Positions 53,707 to 64,000 of a DNA stretch of 64,000 bases are shown in pieces. How positions within the stretch are numbered: the stretch's first letter is position 1; every line of letters starts with the position of its first letter. The position numbers and the translations under genes were made by a program. The notes below the pieces were generated by a model. It was not told the DNA's origin and ran no database searches. It saw only the letters and a program-made list of their open reading frames with translations. The stretch is from Octopus bimaculoides (Eukaryota). The stretch is taken from NCBI RefSeq assembly GCF_001194135.2, contig NC_069005.1:3940690-4004689 (forward strand). The letters are read 5' to 3'.

Positions 53707-53979
53707 ATGTATATATATATACATATGGTGGTTGTCTACTCCTTAAACAGAGTTTGACCACCTCCTGCACCTACACCTTAGCCCTACACACATAAATATA
53801 TATTATATATGTATATGTACATATATATTTTATACATATTAAATATGTATGTATATATTATATATATATATAGATATACATATGTATATATATATGTGTA
53901 TATTTACATGTACGTATTTTTAGTTTATATCTACTTGCATATATAAATGTATACACATATATAAATATATATACATACA

Positions 53980-54029
<50 letters not shown>

Positions 54030-54030
54030 A
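52397..54030. repeat. Extended TA/CA-rich low-complexity region with short unique islands
   Basis: Seen directly. Confidence 0.85.
53552..53605 (-). ncRNA. Minimal type I hammerhead-ribozyme-like motif of the kind carried by Penelope-like elements
   Basis: Minus strand reads atattgttg CCGAUGA C GAC-agcuaa-GUC GAAA CUCU-AG-AGG GUC uguaaaaau. Stem II, GAAA, a stem III with a palindromic centre (CUCUAGAG) and a GUC triplet are present. U4 is replaced by C and stem I pairs poorly. Confidence 0.6.
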
Positions 54031-54964
54031 GTCATGTACAAAAAGACAGTCGTATGCTGTAAGCCAAAGCATGATTTTTTTTTGTTCTATTTCACGTTGT
54101 TACTGAATGACATGGTAGCGCATCAGAGAAACCATTGAGCAAAATGCAACTACTATTATCATAATAACGGTAACAGAAACTAAAATGATAATTATAATTT
54201 TAATATTAATAATTTATTAATATTATTATCTATTATAATAATATTGATGATGATTTTGCTATTTATTACTATTGTAAAGCTATTGCTATTTTGGGTTAAA
54301 ATAAAAAAAAAATGCGAAATTCTGACTTCTACAAATTTCTTGTGCCTTCAATACATTTTTTTGCTTTTTTGTGTTAGATATATGTTTTTGCTTTCATATT
54401 TCAGTTATATATTGCAGATGTAGAATATACGCTTATTAGAATACTCGGTGTGCTTCCTGGAGTAATTTGGAAATATTAGAGCGGTGTATTTTTATGGTTG
54501 CTTACTGAAAGCCAATGCTTTCTTAGCCATGAGTTCAATAAAGGTTCTGTGAACAAGTATTAATTCTGGTGTTTTCTAGAATTCTGAATTTGGGATCAAA
54601 AACAAACTCGTCCACATGGAAACTCATATATACGAATTAATATATTCATGCATTGAGGAACATATGCGCACGCACTCACACACACACACACATACACACA
54701 CACACACACACAAATATATACAAATGTAGTAGTAATTAGGTATGTACACAAACTTATTTGTAGATACGTACATGTATGTATATATGTATATATTTGCATT
54801 ATGTGCGTATATATAATTATATACACGTTTATATTCATATGTATAAACATATCAACACATATGTACTTTTACAAGACGCACATATATTTAATTATACACA
54901 CACACACACACACACTATATATATATATGTATATAGATAGATAGATAGATATAGATATATATGC

Positions 54965-55113
54965 AACGGGCTTCTTTCAGTCTCCGTCTACCAAATCCAC
55001 TCACAAGACTTCGTTCAGCCCGAGGCTTTAGGAGAAAACACTTACACAAGGTGCAATGCATAGGGACTGAACACAGAACCATATGGTCGGTAAGCAGGCT
55101 ACACAGCCACTCC
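54965..55113 (-). mobile_element. SINE family B, 5' part
   Basis: cgggcttctttcagtctccgtctaccaaatccactcacaag...acacagccactcc. Confidence 0.8.
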
Positions 55114-55116
55114 TGC

Positions 55117-55148
<32 letters not shown>

Positions 55149-56361
55149 ATATATATATACATGCATATATGTATGTATGCATGTAAGTATATGTGTGTCT
55201 GTTTGCGTTGTACTCTATCATGGCTTTAGCATTTATATTCAAAATTTCACACTAATATATTGCAAAACCTTCTGTATTGAAACTTGCGTGCATTTAAAAG
55301 ATATCTCTTTGGACATTGTAGACGGTTTCGAGCGAAATTGCAAAATGTTTATTCTGCTTCTTGAAATATCAATGCGCTCAAAATGTCAGAATATTACCTG
55401 TATATTTAGGGTACACGTAAATTTGCACTTCTGTAATTCATTTAAGAAGTAGATTTCTATTAGAGTTCTTTTTTTTTTCTATTTTACCATGTATTGAGTG
55501 CGATTGCTTATAATGAAAGACAGAAGAAAATTAAACAAAAATTCAAGTCTTGAATCTTCCAGTGAATATTCAATGATTAATGCAAATATTCCAAATAGAA
55601 ATTGAAAGTGAACATTACAACTGCCAGAGAAAATAATAGAAAATTCAGAACATATTTAGAAAAACCGACATAACAGATTTATTAAAAAAAGAAAACATGA
55701 CTTAAAAACACTAAGCTACTCAGAACTATTACCTCTAACATATTTACTATTTCAATAAGTATTCAGATTTAATCACCTTATTTTACAATTTTCAATATTT
55801 CTAGTGTCTAACTATATATCAACCAGTTCCAAATACCTAATACACCTGAATAAAATATATTTTTATGTTTAACTGAGTGAACTGCCATAATTCGTGTTGC
55901 TACACTTGCAAGATGCAGAGAGATTAATTTGAAATATTTTTTTCCTTAAAATGTTCTTTTATAAATAACTATTAGTATTCATAGAATTCTTAAGCATATA
56001 ACGTGTAACATACTTTTGTTTAAGTGCTGCGAATATACTGGTTTCTGAATTAAGCAAAATATCAGATGTTTTGAGAGGATTTTAGTTGATATCGTCCTCC
56101 CGTTTAGTAGTCTGGTACTTAATCTTATGTAAGCTGTGTTGATGAGAAGCAACGCTGTCGTCAGTGGCGGGTGGTTAAAAACGTTTAAAACTGTGACAAT
56201 AATACAAAATATTTTAACGGCGCTCCATCTAATCTTCACTTAACTCGACTGGCGTAATGATAAAAAAATCCAAATGAAAACATTCATCAATATTCTGAGT
56301 TACGAAATACGAAAGTCGAGTCTTTCTCCTACAGATAACTACTAATGCCATTTAAAACAGC

Positions 56362-56700
56362 TTTTATTCTTTTATTTGTTTCTGTCACTTGACTGCCGCC
56401 ATGCCGGAACGCTGCCTTTAGTAGAGCAGATCAGCGTCGGTTGTCAAGTGATGTTAGGGGGACAAACACAGAAACACAAATATATACATACATATATATA
56501 AACATATGCATGCATATAAACATATACACACATATATATATACTATGGTCTTCTTTCAGTTTCCGTCTGCCAAATGCACTCACAAGGTATCGGTCGGCCG
56601 GAGGCGACATTAGAAGACACTTGCAGAAGTTGCCACGCAGTGGGACTGAACCCGGATACGTGTGGTTGGTAAGCAAGCTACTTACCACGCGGCCGCTCCT
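56362..56700 (-). mobile_element. SINE family B, near full-length
   Basis: Head ggagcggccgcgtggtaagtagcttgcttaccaacc, internal (TA/CA) tract and the 3' aagtgacagaaacaaataaaag end are all present. Confidence 0.85.
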
Positions 56701-58883
56701 GTAGATATATTTGGAGTCATACTTATAATATGGATTAAGGTGGTGTGCTGCCAGAATCGTTAGCACGCCCGGCAAAGACATTTACTTCTGCCTTTATTNN
56801 NNNNNNNNNNNNNNNNNNNNNNNNNNNNNNNNNNNNNNNNNNNNNNNNNNNNNNNNNNNNNNNNCGATTATTATACTACGGAGGTAGTTGCATTGTCGTT
56901 TTGGTACAGGACAATGTCCTTAACGGTATTTGCTACTGGTTTTACTTCATACTTTCAGGGTGGATAATATAATTAGCGATTAGGGACTAGGTTCAGTGTA
57001 TGTAATTTCTACTTCGTAACACAATTACTGGCCTTGTGCCAAATATACAAAAATGATTATTAGAAAAATTAGTATTTTTAGTCATTAGTTGAGAGAGTCG
57101 GGTGAAAATAGTCTGGATCCTAAATGAAAGTCAAATGTTAATGGCTTTATTTAAAAATGCTTTTGTAAAAAATACAATGTCATTACTTTTCAGAATCATC
57201 CATTCGAAGTTACGTTCAAGCAGTAATTTATGTAAATTTTAAGAACGAAAAACGTTCGCAAAATTATTTACTCTTCAATTTATTTCTGGGATGTTACGTT
57301 CTTTAATATTAAATGTCTCAAAAATTATAGCTTTAATTCTGATAAGAAATTTTAGCAATTTCCATTAAGGAAATGAGCACAGAAAATGTAAGTTATTATT
57401 TCTGCGTATATACATTTTGGCTTCCATGTTTAAAACAAATGATGCTTCCCAACAATTTTTCACAATATGGCTGTTACTCCTCACACAACTGTGCGAATTA
57501 CTTTCAATCTTGTAAATGTGCGTCTGTGTTCCTGTGTGTGTTTGCTTTTATTTGTTGAGCTAGAAGACTTTAAGGATATGAATAATTGTGATTAACCATT
57601 GAGTTAAAAGAAGATCAAAAGAAAAAAAAATAGCGAAGGCATTTTCTACTCAAAGGCCTTTTCAACTTAATATTTACTATTCGTAGATTTATGTTTTCTC
57701 TTCCAGTTGTTGCATCGCTCGCGCGCGTGTATGCAAGTTAGTTATATTTGTCTAGGATTATTAACGTCGTAAATTCGGTCAATTTCAACGGCCAAAACAC
57801 AGTTGGAATTATCAAGAAGATATTGTAAGAGATTGTACACTATTTGGCGTATATAAGGAAGAATCGATTAGAGAATAGTTCCGCTTTAAAAGACATTTTT
57901 CTTTGCCTTAGACACAAAGAAATATTTGTACCTGATTCGATTAATTGTCAGGAAATTGGTTTTAACTGGCCGTTAGGAGTATTCTCAAGCATAATTGGAG
58001 GGGTCCAAGCTCTATCTATGGTAAATTAATCAGTACGTTGTAATTCTTCTTTAAGGTAAATTTATTTCGTTACTAAACTTCTTTGATACAATATTATTTA
58101 ACTTCAGTTAATTATTAAATTCAATGATTTCTTGCTGAACTAGATGAGAATTTCCGTAACATAAGATGCTGATATATCCATGGACGAATACGTAATGTGG
58201 CACCAATTATTAATTGCCTTGGGAACATCAGCTCCAATTACTTCTAATTAGTATAATTTATCTAAATGATTCACTACAGTATTTTAAAAAAGTACAAAAA
58301 TGTATTTATCGCAATTTATTCATCAAATGTTAATTTAATTCAATAACTATAGAATGCAGAGGTGACTTTGGTCCTCATCCGTGATGTCACTTAAGATCAC
58401 TTTCAGTTTGATCAGATGATAACTACAGGTTTAAACAAAGTGTCGCTGCCTAAGGATACTAGCGAAATATATCGAGCATTTTTATGAATAAATAATGACT
58501 GGATTTATCAATTAGAACAATGATCGCGAAAATTTATTCAAGGTCGATCGCTGCGAGTATACATAATAGGAAAATGATTATTGATATAGTCTATGTCGTA
58601 GTCAAATGATGTTAAATCGTTAAAAATTCTGCTTTAGTAAAGCGGATAACAGATTTATTAATGACAAATTCGAACCAAAATACCTGGGTTGATATTAGTA
58701 AAGAAATGCATTGTGGTCAGCGGTTTCGGGTGTTAAAAGCAGCCATCTTACAAGTCTATAATGATTCGGTTTTGTTGAAATTCTAATGGGAAATATGTAT
58801 TTTATGTCTTTTCTTTCTTTTAGTTGATTCGGTCATTAGACGACGACCATACTGGAGCACCCTATTGAAGTATTTTAGTCGAA

Positions 58884-59205
58884 CTGATCGACTCCAAGTT
58901 CATGTTTATACCAGTAATTATTGATGCATTGGGATACGTAACACACTGCCTAAATAATAATGAGAAATTACGCTTCTCAAAACTAGAAAGGAGAAAGCTA
59001 ACTGGAAGACTGAAGATCGAATTCATCACTGGGAGTGTAAAAATCTGTAAAACTTTCCAGAAGTTTAACATTTAAATAAATATGAGCTTGTCTAGATATG
59101 TAGCTATATGCATGAGAATACATACATGAAACAGTCAAATCTGCAAATACCTACCTACCTACCTGCATACATACATACATATATATATACATACATACAT
59201 ACAAA
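58884..59205 (+). mobile_element. 3' end of an REL-endonuclease non-LTR retrotransposon (R4/Dong-like)
   Basis: Stop-free frame 58884-59075: LIDSKFMFIPVIIDALGYVTHCLNNNEKLRFSKLERRKLTGRLKIEFITGSVKICKTFQKFNI*. The PxIIxALG motif and C-terminus fit REL-type LINEs. A short 3' UTR and (CTAC)n/(CATA)n tail follow. Confidence 0.75.
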
Positions 59206-60199
59206 AATACACTGTTGATGTTGAAATTCCAATGAAGAAACCTGGGATCTAGGTTAGAAACCGGTTCTTTCTCTCTTAGCAAGCAATCTTGAAATAAACT
59301 GAATAATGACATACATATATACATACATACATACTTATATGGTGGCCTTTTGCAGTTTCTTTCTCGCGCACCGAGGTTATAGTAGAAAATGAAATGTAGT
59401 GGGACCGAACACTTGAAAACATGGTTCAGAATTAAGTTTCTTTACCCCATAGTGCAATATCCGACCATAAACTATGCCTGCGCTAACTAGTCAAAGACTT
59501 ATGATGTAATTCTGAAATATTGTTTCGTGGGGAAGGCATCCGTACAGATTATATTCGATTGGGGTATATTTGTAAGAAAGTAAATTCTCACGACTTTTCC
59601 TTTGTAATGTGGCACATTTACTAAAAGAGATGTTTATTCATCACTTTATCGTCAGGTAGAGATAAATCTATACAAAACTAAAGAAGAAAGAGATAGAGAC
59701 TACATTCAGTCTTGAGTAGACTCCTGCTTAATTATTTTTCATTAGCTTTGTGGTGTTAGTTGCATTAAGTGTATTAACACTATCTTAACTATTGATTTTA
59801 TTGAAAGAAAAGCTAATGAACAATGTAATAATTAATAAAAGACAACTATTCAACTAGCGGCCCAGTTAATGAGCAACCAGTCTCTGTACGGCAATGTAAA
59901 TATAATAATGCAAACTTAAGTATTGATTTTTAGAAAATGTTCTGTACTCTATCATAATTAACGATGAATACTTCTATTCAAATAATAATCCAATTGGACA
60001 TCCAAATATTTACATTGTCATAGAGGAAAATATGTGTGTGTGTGTGTGTTTGTATGTATATAGATGTATAAATATATGTATATGTATGTATATAAGTTAT
60101 AATTAAGCATGCATATATTCATATATATATATATATATATTTATTTATATTTATATATATAGTCGCAGGAGTAGCTATGTGGTAAGTAGCTTGTTGTGC

Positions 60200-60760
60200 A
60201 GATAATCTTCATTACATTTTGCCAAAAGTTTTGCGATATCTCCTCAGAGGTCTATGCAATGTTTTCAAAAGGTTTTCATCATTCTCGACACAATCAAGGA
60301 GATCTTGTGCAACTGAAACCCGAGTGTCTCTTTGGTCAGCTGAAAGGAATTTTTTGCCCCTACTTCGGAAATACGCATCTCATACACAAGTCTTCAATTA
60401 TAATGGACTGAACTGAACCATAAATAATCTGCACATCCTCTGATAACTCACAGTTGGTGATGGTGATTCCCCTCATAGTTTCACGCATAACTACAATATT
60501 TTTCTCAGTTCTGCTGGTTGCGGGTCTCCTAGAAAGTTCGTTACTAACAACATTTTTTCGGTAATCGTGGAAACGACTGAATCATTTGTACACATGTGTG
60601 CGACTCATGCACTACTCTTCATACACTTTCTGCAACTTTGCTTAGGCCTCTGAGCCGGTATTGTCATGACAACGTTTTCCTGCCTTGTTCAATGTCACGA
60701 TCACACGTTACACACGCTATTTTCCAGCACTGCTGTAAACGGGAAATGACATAGAACGTT
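60200..60760 (-). mobile_element. Mariner transposase fragment (frameshifted)
   Basis: Minus strand encodes ...KFLSADQRDTRVSVAQDLLDCVENDENLLKT, matching the mariner stretch between the WVPH-equivalent linker and the first catalytic Asp. Degenerate HTH sequence lies upstream. Confidence 0.8.
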
Positions 60761-62277
60761 AAAACTGTGTGTGTTCTCAGAACAGAGGTTCAGGTTAATC
60801 TGTACAAAGCGGCTTCACACAGTGTGTACTTCATATTCGTTACTATGGCAACAGTCCGTATACTTATTGATCAGACCTCGTATATGTATTTATATATGTA
60901 TACATCATACATGCCTATATAATATATATATATTATATATATATTATATATATATTATATATATATATATTATATCGAAATATTATATATACATAAATAA
61001 ATGCATGCATCCATACATTTTTACTTAGTGTGTAGGAATAAGTTAATGCATTCGTGTGTGAAAGATATGAATGGGATCTGGTCGTTCTCTGCGACGAATT
61101 TTAATGTTCGTGCTTGTTCCTCATGGATTCCATTTACATTTCACCGAATATGTTACACTTGACTTACCAATTAATTAACTCATTTCATTAAAGTAAAAAT
61201 TAATTTAATTAATCACGTGTTCAATTTTGAAAGTTTGTATTGCAAGAAATTTTTATTAAAAATTTCGATAAGCCTCAGACTATATCTTTAGTCAATTTCA
61301 AGCTCGCAACATAAATAGATAAATAGATTGATAAAATACAGCAGTTTCACAAACGAAGATAAATCAACTTATCATTTATCTTCCATGCATCTCTCTAATT
61401 CGAATCAATTGATCTATAAAGAAATAAATATATAACATTATTGCTTATGTGGCTAATGGCAGATAAGCACCCACGTTGGTCTGCCACTAGTATTTAAAAT
61501 GCCATAAATTCATTTTTTTTTCTATTCCTCCGTTTAAATTTAATACATCGTACCTTGCATAAGCAATACCGACTTGGCGAAGTTTTTCTTCCTTTTCCGC
61601 TGTACATACGAATTTGAACGTCGGCCAACATCGTTTTATTTCAGTTTTTCTCATGCTACATGTGCGTGTATGTTCACAGATACATACAAACATACATGCA
61701 TATGAACGCACGCAGACACACACACATACATGTTAGCTATTATCGATAGAAGCAGCTCTGTAACGAATATTAATTAACTCACCCAATCTAATATGGATGT
61801 GTTGTTTATAGAGCAGTAAATGTTCCAAAGCCACATTTTCTATAGGTTGACAAACGCTGAAATTCCTTCCTAATCAGTTTGATTGATTTTTATTCTGGCA
61901 TTGTTGCTTGGTTTCCTACTGTCGATGTGCCGCAATACGGTGGAATCATGTCACACAGTAGTGCCATCCACCGTTGCTGACGAAATTTACTCAACCGATG
62001 TAGAATTTCGATGCTTTTTAGCATTCGTCGACTATACAAAATTATTGTTCGGCGCATTTATTTCCGACGATGTTCATATTCTTATAAGACCATACACCCA
62101 TCTCCCATATTGATCTACAGCTGATGAAACACTTACAGCTGAGAAAAGGCCAACGAGGCAGCATCTACATATTTTTCTCGACATGTTAGATATAGCACCG
62201 AAATACTATCTATAATTGCACACTGGTCTATTTCAAAAGAAATTACATATTCGGCAATATTTATAGATGTTTAAAGG

Positions 62278-62487
62278 GTCGAGCTATCAGAATTTTTAGC
62301 AGCCATGTAATATGCTTAGCGGCATTTTGTCAGTCTTCACTTTTTGAGTTCAAATTCCGCCGAGATCGACATTGGCGTTCATAGTTTCGGAGTCGATAGA
62401 ATAAGTTCTAGATGAATACTGGGGTTGATGTAATCGATTTACCCACATTCTGATATTGCTGGCCCCCGTGCCTAAATTTGAAATCAA
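62278..62487 (+). mobile_element. SINE family A copy
   Basis: tgcttagcggcatttt...gagttcaaattccgccgagatcgac...tactggggttgatgtaatcga. Confidence 0.8.
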
Positions 62488-62834
62488 GTCTTATAGATTC
62501 ATAAAATAGCAGTATGATCACGGTTGTAGATTTTTAAAAAAAATGATAATAAGGGCTCTCGTAGAATATTCTCCTTGACGCTGACTTAGTGGGAAACTTC
62601 AGAAAGAGTTGCCTGCTTAGCTAATAGCGAGATGATAGGGAAGAAGGAAAAATAATTTAGTCTGGTGGTAACCAATAATGTTTCCGTTCACTTCGCTCTA
62701 AGAACAAGCAATATGCAAGTAGTTCTCAACCTTTTTTTAACCTATGCACAACATTACTGTATGTCAGGATTCCATTCACCATGATACCAAGATTATCTCT
62801 CAAAAATTATTTTCCATATATATATTTGTGTGTG

Positions 62835-62881
<47 letters not shown>

Positions 62882-63645
62882 ATGGATGGATTGTTTTTAT
62901 ATTCTATGGTGTTGATTGTATACTTAGAGTGGTTCAGAGTTGATGCCTTAGCTTCAAATGATTTATTTGAAATTCATGCATTGTGTATCTGTTGCACTAG
63001 ATTTATATTCAATCTCGTTTATTTATTTCAATGTCCTCAAAATGTATTCCCAAACAGGGAATAATAAACAACATTTGGAACAATTCTCACTCAAGAATTC
63101 CACTAAAATCATACCTAGACCAACAATGATATGTATAAAACATCTATTTTTTAAGAGAACGAAAGCATCATAAACAGTAGATGTCAGAAAGCCTATTTCT
63201 ATTTTTCAAAACAAACAGAAGAACAACCTAGCTGAAAGGAGAAATATTTGGCACTGGAACTCGTAAATGTATGCCACAAAATGTAAAAGTGAAGTGGTAG
63301 GAATTGGAAGGATACACATTCCCAGGCCTCTTTTATGCAGATTTCAAATCCATTGGAGACATTTGTTGAATCTGCATACACTCTGATAAACTATAAATCT
63401 ACAACTAACAGATGAGTGTGCATGGACCAATCTGATGTGAAATCAGATAACAAACACTTTCTAATACAGTGAAGCCAATACATATTAACATGTAAAAAGA
63501 AAGGAGATGAACATATCAGAGAGAAACCTATAAAAATAATATAACAGCGATGCCTATACTAGTCGAAAATTATCACGTAAAATTAAGTAGTGGTCTTTAT
63601 ATATTCATCTCTATACTAAGGACATTTTAGGTTCGAAACATTATA

Positions 63646-63689
<44 letters not shown>

Positions 63690-64000
63690 CACGGCGGTGC
63701 CCTAGCATGCCCACAGCTGTGTGTGTATGTGTGTGTATAGCCCTGGCTGGGCTATTAAAGGTCTTGATATTTTTCGTTTTGCTTTGGAATTAGTTTAGAT
63801 TGCAAACAATTTGTAGAATCTGTATTGGATTTGTACGAACTTTGTATTAAAGAACGTCTACGTCTATATTTTCTTCCTTATTATGTATATATACTCCAGC
63901 ATACATACCGACACATACATTCTTATATGCATATGTGTACATATGTGTGTGCATATTGTTCTGTCCTGCAAGTTAAAAAAAAATTATTTTCTTTACTTTA

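Noticed and set aside
57709-57745. Acceptor ttccAG|TTGTT resembling the start of the Ly6 exon (possible paralogue)
   Set aside because: The frame hits a stop after about 10 codons and has no cysteine motif.
59223-59271. Hammerhead-like arrangement ccaatga-ag-aacct..aggtt-a-gaaaccggtt
   Set aside because: The core (CCAAUGA), position 11.1 and stem I all deviate, which is too much to call.
59738-59820. 12-bp inverted repeat with a ~60-nt spacer
   Set aside because: It is short and AT-rich, so it is plausible by chance.
61883-62113. ORF with a signal-peptide-like start (MIFILALLLGFLLSMC)
   Set aside because: It starts at TTG, has no recognisable domain or Ly6 cysteine pattern, and has no usable splice sites.
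1-64000. CRISPR arrays, operons, rRNA or bona fide tRNA genes
   Set aside because: None seen. tRNA-like A/B boxes occur only as SINE heads, and the DNA is eukaryotic.

Overview
AT-rich eukaryotic DNA packed with microsatellites and transposable elements, with four N-gaps (49164-49695, 50889-51039, 52147-52396, 56799-56864). The tRNA-headed SINE families and Tc1/mariner fragments resemble ones I recall from Octopus genomes; this taxonomic call is from memory, not a search. One host gene is supported: a plus-strand Ly6/uPAR (three-finger, quiver/sleepless-like) protein with a probable GPI anchor. Two coding exons (30828-30977 and 48910-49145) join in phase across a ~17.9 kb intron to give a complete 10-cysteine LU domain. 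I did not find the signal-peptide exon. The rest is SINEs, Tc1/mariner/hAT relics, an R4/Dong-like LINE 3' end, putative Penelope-like remnants with long inverted arms, several hammerhead-ribozyme-like motifs (one nearly intact at 53552-53605) and a 130-nt fold-back. Nearly all ORFs in the supplied track are artefacts of microsatellites, N-runs or chance. I found no prokaryotic-type system.
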